Of a DNA stretch of 64,000 nt, positions 17,587 through 25,974 are shown piece after piece. Each line of letters starts with the position of its first letter. Within the stretch, counting starts at the first letter, position 1. A program made the translations under genes and the position numbers. Under the pieces are notes generated by a model that was not told the origin of the DNA, did no database searches, and worked only from the letters and a program-made list of their open reading frames with translations. Source of the stretch: Brevundimonas sp. (GTDB taxonomy: Bacteria > Pseudomonadota > Alphaproteobacteria > Caulobacterales > Caulobacteraceae); contig NZ_JANODA010000083.1 of assembly GCF_031412435.1 (NCBI RefSeq), positions 17,220 through 81,219 on the forward strand, read 5' to 3'.

Positions 17587-18543
17587 CTACGCCAACGCGC
17601 TGATCGCATAGGCGTCGTCGCCAGATGGCTCGATGCCGAGCACGGCCTCCACGGCCCGCCCCGTCGCCGTCCGCCGGATGTGCACGATCCGGTCGACGGC
17701 CTGGGCGATGGCGCGGCGCGGCGTGCGCGTCGACACCTCGGCGATCAGGTCCTCGACGCGGCGCAGCACATCGTCCGCCGAGTTCGCATGGATCGTCGAA
17801 AGCCCGCCGGGATGGCCGGTGTTCCAGCTCTTCAGCGTCTCGAGCGCGGCGGCGCCGTCCCTCATCTCCCCGACCACGATCCGGTCCGGACGCATCCGGA
17901 GAGCGTCACGAACCAGGTCCACAACGCCGATCGCCACCGGCTGGCGCCGGGTCAGGACAGAGACGACATCCCAGGCCGAACATTGCAACTCGGGCGTATC
18001 CTCCACCAGGAAGACCCGGTCCCCGGCGAAGGCGGGCTCGGCCAGCACCGCATTGGCCAGGGTCGTCTTGCCCGAACCCGTCCCGCCCGAAATCAGGATG
18101 TTGAGCCGGTCCACGGCGGCGGTTCGAAGCGCATCGGCCTGGCCTTCGGTCATCATCGCGCCGAGCACATAATCGTCCAGGGTCCAGATCACGGCGGGTC
18201 GCTTTCGGATCGAGAAGGCGGGCGCGGAAGTCACCGGGGGCAACAGGCCCTGGAACCGTTCGCCCGTGCCTGGAAGAACGCCCGAGAGCCGCGGGTCGTC
18301 CCGGGTCACCGTCTCCCCGACATAGTCGGCGATCAGCCGGACCACCCGTTCCCGCGCCTCGGCAGAGAGGGTAACCCCCGTATCCCGACGCCCCTCGCCG
18401 CTCCGGTCCAGGACCAGACGGCCGTCGGGGTTGGCGAGGATCTCGACCACCTCCGGCTCGACCAGAGCGGCCAGCACCGTGTCGCCGAGCGCGTGGCGCA
18501 GGGCCTCCAGCTTGCGGCTGGCGATGATGGGATGGGCGGCCAT
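17587..18543 (-). CDS. trbB: TrbB / VirB11-type conjugative-transfer ATPase
   Basis: Walker A ISGGTGSGKTT and a VirB11/PulE-type core (VGEMRDGAALETLKSWNTGHPGGLSTIHAN). Confidence 0.9.
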   Translation of the reverse strand: MAAHPIIASRKLEALRHALGDTVLAALVEPEVVEILANPDGRLVLDRSGEGRRDTGVTLSAEARERVVRLIADYVGETVTRDDPRLSGVLPGTGERFQGLLPPVTSAPAFSIRKRPAVIWTLDDYVLGAMMTEGQADALRTAAVDRLNILISGGTGSGKTTLANAVLAEPAFAGDRVFLVEDTPELQCSAWDVVSVLTRRQPVAIGVVDLVRDALRMRPDRIVVGEMRDGAAALETLKSWNTGHPGGLSTIHANSADDVLRRVEDLIAEVSTRTPRRAIAQAVDRIVHIRRTATGRAVEAVLGIEPSGDDAYAISALA

Positions 18544-18986
18544 CAGCCGGCCGGGTCGAACGACCGGACTTCGGGTGCGACCTCTCCAGGCCGGTCCTTT
18601 CGGCCCGCCACGATCCGCGCCGCGGTGGCGTCGAGGAGATGCTCGATCCGCCGGTCGACCGCCGCCTGGACCGTGGGGTCCTGGTCGACCAGGGCGTCCG
18701 GAAGCCGGAGGAAGAAGGCGTGCGCCACCTCGATCAGCAGCTCCTGAACGATCTGCATGTCCCGGGCCGTAGACTTCATATGCCCGCGCAGCGCCTGTTC
18801 CAGGGTCAGCAGCCGATCGTCCGGATCAGCCTGCGGGCGCTTCTGCAGGCCCCGGGCGATCGCCCGGCCGGCCGCCTGGCTCAGCGGCATCCTGCCGCTC
18901 TTGGCCTCCCGGTTCAGGCCCGCCAGCACCTTGGGGTCGTTGAGATAGACCTGGACCCGGGAGGTCCCTGCGTCACGTCTGGCCAT
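18543..18986 (-). CDS. Ribbon-helix-helix (CopG-like) protein between traG and trbB
   Basis: N-terminus SRVQVYLNDPKVLAGLNREAKSGRMPLSQAAGRAIARGL resembles an RHH fold. Overlaps the traG stop and the trbB start. Confidence 0.6.
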   Translation of the reverse strand: MARRDAGTSRVQVYLNDPKVLAGLNREAKSGRMPLSQAAGRAIARGLQKRPQADPDDRLLTLEQALRGHMKSTARDMQIVQELLIEVAHAFFLRLPDALVDQDPTVQAAVDRRIEHLLDATAARIVAGRKDRPGEVAPEVRSFDPAG

Positions 18987-20853
18987 CGCCCAGTCCTTTC
19001 AGATGATCGAGCGCCGCGTCCTGTGCGGCCATTTCCTGCGCCACCCGCCCGTAGATGTCGGCCACCCGCGCCGCCATCTTCCGGTCGTCCATCGCCGCCG
19101 CCACCTCCTTGAACAGGGGCAGGCCGGCTTTCGGGTCCTCGCCGAGACCGCGGCGTCCGGTCCAGGGATGCTGTGACGACGGCGGCCCATCCAGCCTCGC
19201 GGCCTGGTCGGGCGCCCTGTCCCGCGCCCGGGTGCGAAAGGGCTCGCGCCGGTCGTAGAGAAGTTTCCGTGTCCTCAGGGGGCGGACGCCGGCGGCGAAG
19301 ATCAGCTGGTCGTCGTCGGGAAGCGCCCGCACCTCGCCCGGTTCCAGCAGGGGGCGCTCGATCTGGGAGCGGGAGACCGAACTGCGTCCGGCCGCCAGCC
19401 CGGCCGGGCTGCTGCGGCTCGTCCGCGTCTCCAGGATCGAGCCGGTCAGCTTTGACACCTTGTCTTGGGTCAGGGGATCGAGGGCCGAGAAGGCGGTGTA
19501 GACCGCGCAGTTGTCGAGGATGGTGTTGTTGGCCCCATAGGTCTCGACGATATCGTTCAGCGACTGGGCGACGAACATCACCTTGACCCCGTAGCCGCTC
19601 AGGAGCCGCAAGGACTTCTCGAAGAAGCTGACCCGCCCCAGCAGGGGAAACTCGTCCATCAGCATCAGCAGCTTGTGCCGTTTGGTCCGGCCGTCCGACG
19701 CCTCGGTCTCCCGCACGGTGAGCGACTGGGCGGCGGCGTAGAAGAACAACCGCACGAGCGGACGCAGGGCCGCCGCGTCCGCCGGCGCCACCTGGACATA
19801 GAGGGACAGGGGGACGGGCGCGCACATGAGGTCGCCCATGGAGAAGTCGGACCGCGACAGGCAGCGCTCGACGTCCTCGCCGGCCAGCCATTTGAGGTAG
19901 GACCGCGCCGTCCCCTGGACCGAGGTGCGGAAGCGGTCGTGCATCGCCGCATAGCCCTTGACCGCCGTGGCGATGAACGGGTGGGTCTCCGGCCGGCCCC
20001 CGGCGCCCGGGCGGTGCAGGGCCCGGGCCATGACGTCCGCTGCGTCGTCGAGGTCGGCCAGCAGGCCGCGCACGGTCAACAGGGTCTTGTCGGCGTCCTC
20101 GGCCGTGTACAGCACATGCAGGATCACGGCCTCCAGGATCTCGGTTGCCGCCTTGTCCCAGATCGCCTCGTCGTCCCGGGCGCCCCCGGGGTCCGACAGG
20201 ATGGCGACCAGGCGCTGGACGTGGGCCAGTTCACCCGGCCCGGGCAGGATCTCGGCCAGCGGATTCCAGCAGGCCGACGCCGGATCGCGCGGATCGAAAT
20301 AGAGGGCATGACTGAACCGGCATCGCCAGCCCGCGCTGAGACGCCAGAGCTCGCGTTTCGGATCGTGCACGAGGACGCTTGCGGGCCAGGACAGGAGCGT
20401 CGGCATGACGTGGCCGCGTCCCTTGCCGGACCGCGTTCCGCCGGTGACGAGCGACGGACGCAGGTCGGTCGTCGCCAGGATCCGCCGGCCCATGACACCC
20501 AGGATGCAACCCGCCCTCGCCGTCAGGCCGGCCTTGCGGGCCTCGTCCGGACCGCCCCAGCCCCTGACACGGCGGATCGTCGTCCCGCCTTCGGCCATCA
20601 CCCCCAGGCCGAGGCCGCCCGCCCCGCCCAGCAGAACCCACAGTCCGGACCGCGACAGCGCCTCGCCGGCCTCGTCCGCGAAAGCGGTCTTCCAATGCAG
20701 GATCGACCAGGGCCAGTAGACGACGAGATCGCCTCCCCAGGACGCGCCCGGCCCGAGCGCCGCGTCGAACGCATAGGTCCAGGCAAAGGCCTGGGTGGCC
20801 GCCTGAAGGCCGACGAGGAGACCGAAGGCCAGTCCGGTCAACCGCCCGATCAT
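18973..20853 (-). CDS. traG: TraG / VirD4 type IV coupling protein
   Basis: 626 aa. N-terminal TM helices, Walker A TGGTRSGKGRG, Walker B-like LLMLMDEFP. Confidence 0.9.
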   Translation of the reverse strand: MIGRLTGLAFGLLVGLQAATQAFAWTYAFDAALGPGASWGGDLVVYWPWSILHWKTAFADEAGEALSRSGLWVLLGGAGGLGLGVMAEGGTTIRRVRGWGGPDEARKAGLTARAGCILGVMGRRILATTDLRPSLVTGGTRSGKGRGHVMPTLLSWPASVLVHDPKRELWRLSAGWRCRFSHALYFDPRDPASACWNPLAEILPGPGELAHVQRLVAILSDPGGARDDEAIWDKAATEILEAVILHVLYTAEDADKTLLTVRGLLADLDDAADVMARALHRPGAGGRPETHPFIATAVKGYAAMHDRFRTSVQGTARSYLKWLAGEDVERCLSRSDFSMGDLMCAPVPLSLYVQVAPADAAALRPLVRLFFYAAAQSLTVRETEASDGRTKRHKLLMLMDEFPLLGRVSFFEKSLRLLSGYGVKVMFVAQSLNDIVETYGANNTILDNCAVYTAFSALDPLTQDKVSKLTGSILETRTSRSSPAGLAAGRSSVSRSQIERPLLEPGEVRALPDDDQLIFAAGVRPLRTRKLLYDRREPFRTRARDRAPDQAARLDGPPSSQHPWTGRRGLGEDPKAGLPLFKEVAAAMDDRKMAARVADIYGRVAQEMAAQDAALDHLKGLGDGQT

Positions 20854-20854
20854 C

Positions 20855-21478
20855 TCAGTCCACCCCAGGCATGGCGCCCCGCTCCGCCTCGGCTTCGAGG
20901 ATCAGCAGGGGTGCGGCTTCGATGCGGCGCTGGTGATAGGCGACGAGCGCCTCGACCAGATCCGAGGCCGGGTCCGCGAACAGGCTGACGAGGGCGTCCT
21001 CTTCGCGATCGAGATCGCGGAACAGTCGTCGCTCGGCCGACGACAGCTGCACCAGCTGCCGACAGACCCGCTGGTAGGCGTCGACCAGGGCGGCGCTGCC
21101 GGTGCTCTTGACCGCCCGGAGAAGGTTGGCCGCCAGGTCCCGGTCCGGGTGATCCGACCCGTTCAGCCCCTGCTCGCGCCCCTGCGTCCGGCCTGCGCCG
21201 CTCAGACTGTTCAGGACGCACTGCAGCCGGAACGCGAACCGGTCCTTCACCGTCGCTGTGTCCAGGCGCGGCGCGAGAAAGCCGCCGGTCGGCGCGCGTT
21301 CGATGAGCCCGTAGCCGCAGAGCCAGACCAGGGCTTCGCGCACCGGGGTCGTGGAAATGTTCAGCCGCCGCGCCTCATCGAGGATGACCACCGGACGGCC
21401 GGGCGTGTACAGGCCCTGCTCGGCGCGGGACCGAAGGCTCTCCAGGGCCGTGGCGAAGGGGTCGCGTCTGCGGGTCAC
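20855..21478 (-). CDS. GntR-like winged-HTH regulator, immediately upstream of traG
   Basis: GTG 21476-21478 preceded by GGGAGAG. ...ILDEARRLNISTTPVREALVWLCGYGLIER resembles a GntR wHTH, with a helical C-terminal domain. The stop is 2 nt from the traG ATG. Confidence 0.6.
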   Translation of the reverse strand: MTRRRDPFATALESLRSRAEQGLYTPGRPVVILDEARRLNISTTPVREALVWLCGYGLIERAPTGGFLAPRLDTATVKDRFAFRLQCVLNSLSGAGRTQGREQGLNGSDHPDRDLAANLLRAVKSTGSAALVDAYQRVCRQLVQLSSAERRLFRDLDREEDALVSLFADPASDLVEALVAYHQRRIEAAPLLILEAEAERGAMPGVD

Positions 21479-21708
21479 TCTACTCTCCCACCTGAAAACC
21501 ACCTTTTGGCGAAAGTGAGCCTCCGCGCCAAAGGCTGGAGCGGATTTTGGCCGCGCCGCGCCGGAAAATGTCGCCGGCGGCGACACGAACCGCGTCAAGA
21601 CGCACCAGATTCTGTCGCAAGTTCGAGTTTTCCACCTGCATCCGGGGGTTGAGATGTTGATCGCGCGACGCGGTCGCACCACAACCGGACTCGGAAAGGT
21701 CGCGGTGG

Positions 21709-22194
21709 ATGGCAGGCGTAGCGGCGGAGCAGATGCGTGACGGCGAGTTGCTCTCGGCGGCCTTGAAGTCAGTGCGGACGTCCCGCGGCCTGTCGACCCG
21801 CCAGGTCGCCGACGGGATGAACATGTCGGTGCGCACCTATCAACGGTTTGAGGCCGGGGCGACCCGGCTGAACCTGGATCACATCCACCGCTTCGCCCGG
21901 GCCACCTCCAGCGATCCCTATGGAATCCTCATGGCCGTGATGATCGGCTCGCCGGGGTTCGCACGGGCGGTCGCCGACAATATGCTGGCCACGGTCCTGA
22001 TCGTGGGGGTGCAGAATCTCGAGCAGTCGGTCGGCGACCGCATCGCCGACCTCGACACCCGCTCCCTCGTCGGCGCCGTGGCCGGGCTGTTCGACGATCT
22101 CGCTGAAAGGGTCCGCAGCGCTGATCCCGCCGAGGACTGGCTGGCCAGGGGCCGGGAGGCGCTGACGGCCAGGCGACCGAAGCCGGGCCGCTGA
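21709..22194 (+). CDS. XRE-family HTH transcriptional regulator
   Basis: ...SRGLSTRQVADGMNMSVRTYQRFEAGATRLNLDHIHRFARAT is a Cro/C1 HTH. Divergent from the GntR-traG operon and directly upstream of the lasso precursor. Confidence 0.75.
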   Translation: MAGVAAEQMRDGELLSAALKSVRTSRGLSTRQVADGMNMSVRTYQRFEAGATRLNLDHIHRFARATSSDPYGILMAVMIGSPGFARAVADNMLATVLIVGVQNLEQSVGDRIADLDTRSLVGAVAGLFDDLAERVRSADPAEDWLARGREALTARRPKPGR

Positions 22195-22290
22195 GGTGCG
22201 GAATATACTCCAGATATAGCTTTGATGCCGGCCGGTCCTGGCGCTCACTCCGGTCGCCACACCCCGTGGCGACCCACCAAGGAGAGAGTG

Positions 22291-22413
22291 ATGACTACGG
22301 CCAAACTCCGCCTCGTCCGTTTCGGCAGCGCCCGGGCGCTGACGCGCGACATGCTGACCGGCGCCTATATCGAGCGCGAGGTCAACGACAGCTTCCTGCC
22401 GCCCGTCGGCTGA
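22291..22413 (+). CDS. Lasso-peptide precursor candidate (A gene), 40 aa: MTTAKLRLVRFGSARALTRDMLTGAYIEREVNDSFLPPVG
   Basis: ATG preceded by AAGGAGAG (22279-22286). Small ORF immediately upstream of the B and C genes. Two Thr-x dipeptides are each followed 9 residues later by an acidic residue. Not resolved in the ORF track, which shows a longer 63-aa version. Confidence 0.65.
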   Translation: MTTAKLRLVRFGSARALTRDMLTGAYIEREVNDSFLPPVG

Positions 22414-22420
22414 AGGCTAG

Positions 22421-22448
22421 GCGGGCGACCGCCCAGGCGGTCGCCCGC
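22421..22448 (+). promoter_or_regulatory. Perfect 12-bp stem / 4-nt loop hairpin 8 nt after the precursor stop (possible attenuator between A and B)
   Basis: gcgggcgaccgc-ccag-gcggtcgcccgc, read directly. No T-run follows, so it is not a classic intrinsic terminator. Confidence 0.6.
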
Positions 22449-22608
22449 ACCCGCCTGCAGGATCGCAGGCCGTCCGACCGGAGCTCGCCATGCGCCGTCC
22501 CCTCCTTCTTCCCTCCCGATCGCGGTGCGGCCTGACGCACCGTCGCCGTGCGCCACGTGCGCACGCCTGGGGCATCCGGCCCTGCGACCGCCGGCCGTCG
22601 ACAGGCCG

Positions 22609-23283
22609 ATGACACCGGCCGCGCCCCTGACCCCCGCCCCGGCGGCCCCGCCTCTGTGGTGCGCGCCGGGCGTCCATCTGGCCGAAGTCGACGAGGACAT
22701 CATCGTCCTCGATCTCAAGGCGGACGCCTACGACTGCCTCATGGGCGGCGCGGGAAGCATCCGCCTGATCGAAGGCGGCGGCCTGGAGGTCTCCGATCCC
22801 GAGGTCCGCGAAGCCCTGGCCGCCGCCGGCATAGCGACGCCCACGCCTCACCGGACGCCCCGCCCGCGCCTCATGGCGCCCGCCCGGGAATTGCCGAGAA
22901 CCGGTTCCGTCTCAGGGCTCGGGACGCTTCAGGCCGTCACCGCCCTGGTCATCGCCACACTGGGCTTCCGCGGGCAGTCGCTCGAGGCCCTGATCGCCGT
23001 CGACGCCCCGGGCCCCGCCTCCACGCCCCTCGACGAGACGGAACTCGACCGCCTCGTCTGCGCGGTTCGCAGCGCCCGCCCCTTCGTCCCCTTCCAAGGG
23101 GAGTGTCTGCAGCGATCCTTCGAGCTCCGGCGGTTGCTCGCCGCCCGGGGGATCGCCTCCGACTGGATCTTCGGCGTCCGGACCTGGCCTTTCGCCGCCC
23201 ATTGCTGGATCCAGATCGGCGACCTCGTCATCGGCGACAGGCTGGAGCGGGTCCGGTTCTTCACCCCCATCCTGGCGGCCTGA
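22609..23283 (+). CDS. Lasso-peptide B protein: fused PqqD-like RRE and transglutaminase-like Cys protease
   Basis: N-terminus ...GVHLAEVDEDIIVLDLKADAYDCL is PqqD/RRE-like. C-terminus has FQGECLQRS (Cys), FAAHCWIQIGD (His) and ...D. The start is uncertain: ATG 22609 or GTG 22525. Confidence 0.85.
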   Translation: MTPAAPLTPAPAAPPLWCAPGVHLAEVDEDIIVLDLKADAYDCLMGGAGSIRLIEGGGLEVSDPEVREALAAAGIATPTPHRTPRPRLMAPARELPRTGSVSGLGTLQAVTALVIATLGFRGQSLEALIAVDAPGPASTPLDETELDRLVCAVRSARPFVPFQGECLQRSFELRRLLAARGIASDWIFGVRTWPFAAHCWIQIGDLVIGDRLERVRFFTPILAA

Positions 23284-23286
23284 CCC

Positions 23287-25074
23287 GTGGGCGACTTTCT
23301 CATCGTTCACCCTGCCCGCGGCGATGCGGCCGCAAGCCGACGCGCCGAAGACCTCGCGGACGAGGCGCGAACGCACGGCTGGCGGATCGAGCCGCTCAAG
23401 GCCCGGACCTGGCTCGGCGCCCGGGGCCCCACACCGCCGAGACCCCTGGTCGTGGGGCCCTGGACCCTGATCGGCGACGTCTTCGACCGCCGCTCGCCGG
23501 TTCTTCCCGTCACGGCGCCGGGCGATCCCTGGGCCTATGAGCGCAAGATGATGGCCCGCTTCTGGGGCCGCTACGTCGGCGTCACCTTTGCGTCGGACGG
23601 TCAGATCTCGGGCCTGTTGCGCGATCCGTCCGGGGCGCTGGAATGCGTCACCTGGGCGCAGGACGGTCTGACCCTGGTCGCGTCCGCCGCAGAGGACTGG
23701 CTCATCCGGCGCCTGCGCCCGCCCTGGCGCATCAATGTCGAGCGCCTGGCCTCGGCCCTGCGCGACCCGGTTCCGGCCACCGGCCCCCTGCTGCTGGACG
23801 GGCCGATCGCGCTCGAACCCGGGACGGTCCAGCCCTTGCTCCCGTCGCGGCCGGCGGACATCCTCTGGCGGCCGACGGCGTTCGCCCGACGCAGTCTCGA
23901 ACGACCGCCGACGATCGACCGGGCCGCGCGCAGTCTGCGTGACGCCATCGACGAGGCCGTGACCGGCCTGGCCTCCCTCCCCGGCCCTCTGGCCGCGGAG
24001 GTCTCGGGCGGGCTCGATTCCAGTCTCGTCGCCGCCAGTCTCGCGCGTGGCGGAGCCGGGAGCGTCCGCCTCTGGATCAATGCCCACGGCCCGACCCCCG
24101 AGGCCGACGAGAGAACCTATGTTCAGGCGCTCGCCGATGCGCTCGGGTTCGCACCCGACTTCATCCCGCATCCCACAGGGCCGCTCACCCCCGCAGGCTT
24201 GCAGGAGTCCTCACAGGGGTTCCGCCCGGGCCTGGCCGCGCTCGACCGCGCCCACGATCTCGCCTGGGCCGCAAGGATCGGCGCCGTCGGGGCGACCGCC
24301 GTCTTCACCGGCAAGGGCGGAGACTCGATCCTGCTTCAGCGGGCCACCCCGGACGTCTTCGCCGACCTGTGGAAGGCGCGGGGCTGGAGAGCGCTGCTGC
24401 ACACCGACGTGCTTGAACTGGCGGCGGCCAACGAGACCTCTGTCTGGTCCATGGTCGCCGCCGCCCGGCGTCACCTGCGCCGCGGGACCGTCTGGCCCGT
24501 CCGTGACCATCCCCTCCTGACCCCCATCGACAGCCCTTCGACGGTCCATCCCTGGCTGGAAGACTGCGAAGCCTTCGGTCCGGGCAAGGCGCTCCAGATC
24601 GCCGGGGTGGCCGACAGCGTGTCGCGTCACGGCCCGTCCATGCTCACAAAGACCATCGACATCCGCCATCCCCTCTGCGCCCAGCCGGTGATCGAGACCT
24701 GCCTCGCCCTCCCCACCTCCGTTTTGACAACAGGCGGGCGGGACCGGGGTCTGGCGCGGATCGCGTTCCGCGATCGGCTTCCCCGCCAGATCCTCGATCG
24801 CCGGTCGAAGGGCGACATGACGAGCATCTATGGCCGGATGATCCTCGACAATCTGCCGGTCCTCCGATCCTGGCTGCTCGACGGCCGGCTCGCCGCCCTG
24901 GGGGTGATCGACAGGACCGTGGCCGAGGAACACCTCACCCACGAGACCCTCCTGTGGCAGGGCCGGTATTCCACCCTCTTCGTGGCGGCGGCCTACGAAG
25001 GCTGGATCCGCGCCTGGGAGGACCGGCTCGGCCCGGCCGCCCGGCGCCTGCCGGCGGGTCGAACCCCGCCGTGA
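23287..25074 (+). CDS. Lasso-peptide cyclase (C protein, asparagine-synthetase B homologue)
   Basis: 595 aa. PP-loop EVSGGLDSSLVAAS (24004-24021). The size and its position 3 nt after the B stop are typical of McjC-type cyclases. Confidence 0.9.
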   Translation: MGDFLIVHPARGDAAASRRAEDLADEARTHGWRIEPLKARTWLGARGPTPPRPLVVGPWTLIGDVFDRRSPVLPVTAPGDPWAYERKMMARFWGRYVGVTFASDGQISGLLRDPSGALECVTWAQDGLTLVASAAEDWLIRRLRPPWRINVERLASALRDPVPATGPLLLDGPIALEPGTVQPLLPSRPADILWRPTAFARRSLERPPTIDRAARSLRDAIDEAVTGLASLPGPLAAEVSGGLDSSLVAASLARGGAGSVRLWINAHGPTPEADERTYVQALADALGFAPDFIPHPTGPLTPAGLQESSQGFRPGLAALDRAHDLAWAARIGAVGATAVFTGKGGDSILLQRATPDVFADLWKARGWRALLHTDVLELAAANETSVWSMVAAARRHLRRGTVWPVRDHPLLTPIDSPSTVHPWLEDCEAFGPGKALQIAGVADSVSRHGPSMLTKTIDIRHPLCAQPVIETCLALPTSVLTTGGRDRGLARIAFRDRLPRQILDRRSKGDMTSIYGRMILDNLPVLRSWLLDGRLAALGVIDRTVAEEHLTHETLLWQGRYSTLFVAAAYEGWIRAWEDRLGPAARRLPAGRTPP

Positions 25075-25460
25075 CCCGGACGAGGACGAACGCCCGGCCA
25101 AATCTCGTCACTATCGGTCTGATAGTCCTCAGAACCTGGTCCGCAGAGTGCGGACTTCGCGGTCATTCGCGGCGGTTCCGCTTCTGCGACTGGCCAAGCG
25201 CCTCCTGGGTCTGCATGGGCGCATCTGTCGGGCTGCGTTGCCGGAGGCCTAAGCTCGCGGAGAAGGCGGACCCGGGTTGGGCAGTCCGTCTTCCTGCTTC
25301 CAGGAATGGCGCTCAGGCGCACGGTGCGCAGAAAAACGGGTTCGCTGTCTTGTAAGACTGGCCTGAGTTCACCCGCGATGAAGGACCCGATCCTTCGTCC
25401 GGCCTGCTGATTGTCTTTGGCGGCGAGCCTTTGAGCGGGCTGGCAAGGTGCGGGGTCGCC

Positions 25461-25964
25461 TCACCGAAGCGGCGTGTAGCGGCAGGTGAAGGCCGGATCG
25501 CCGGTCACAGGACTGGGCGTCAGATGGATGTGCAGCCGCTGAGCCTGGGCTGCGTCGTCCAGGGCGAAGGCCTGCTCGGCCTCATACATTTCGTCCCGAT
25601 GGCCATCCTGCCAGTCCGCGGCCCGCTTGAGGGCGCGAGCCTTGGCGGCGGCGACACTGTCGGCGACGACAAAGACGTTCCGGTGTTGCTCAGCGAACGC
25701 TAGGCCGTCGTATCCGCCCAGGTTCACATAGTAGAGCTTCTCGCCTCCCTCGTAGGGTTCGGGACGGAGTGCGACCTCATAGCCATCCGCATGCGTGATC
25801 TCCGACCAGCAATCGACGTGGAGGCTCCCCGGACGGCCCCACCACTGCGCCAGAAGCACCGGATAGGTCGCTTCGATCGCAGGCGCCGCGACAAACCGCA
25901 TGTCGTGCACCTCGATGTTTGCGCCGGGATGCTCGCCGCCGATGTAGATCGCGAACAGTTTCAT
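25461..25964 (-). CDS. DUF1543-family protein
   Basis: MKLFAIYIGGEHPGANIEVHDMRFVAAP... matches my recollection of the DUF1543 N-terminal signature. Two repeats of the module appear to be present. Confidence 0.6.
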   Translation of the reverse strand: MKLFAIYIGGEHPGANIEVHDMRFVAAPAIEATYPVLLAQWWGRPGSLHVDCWSEITHADGYEVALRPEPYEGGEKLYYVNLGGYDGLAFAEQHRNVFVVADSVAAAKARALKRAADWQDGHRDEMYEAEQAFALDDAAQAQRLHIHLTPSPVTGDPAFTCRYTPLR

Positions 25965-25974
25965 CGTTTTCGCC

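Larger units (their letters stand above)
726..22194. mobile_element. Integrative conjugative element, integrase/T4SS part; right boundary not determinable in this window
   Basis: tRNA-fragment att-like site, tyrosine integrase, AlpA, complete Trb T4SS and the TraG coupling protein. The far att copy and a relaxase were not found in the window. Confidence 0.7.
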
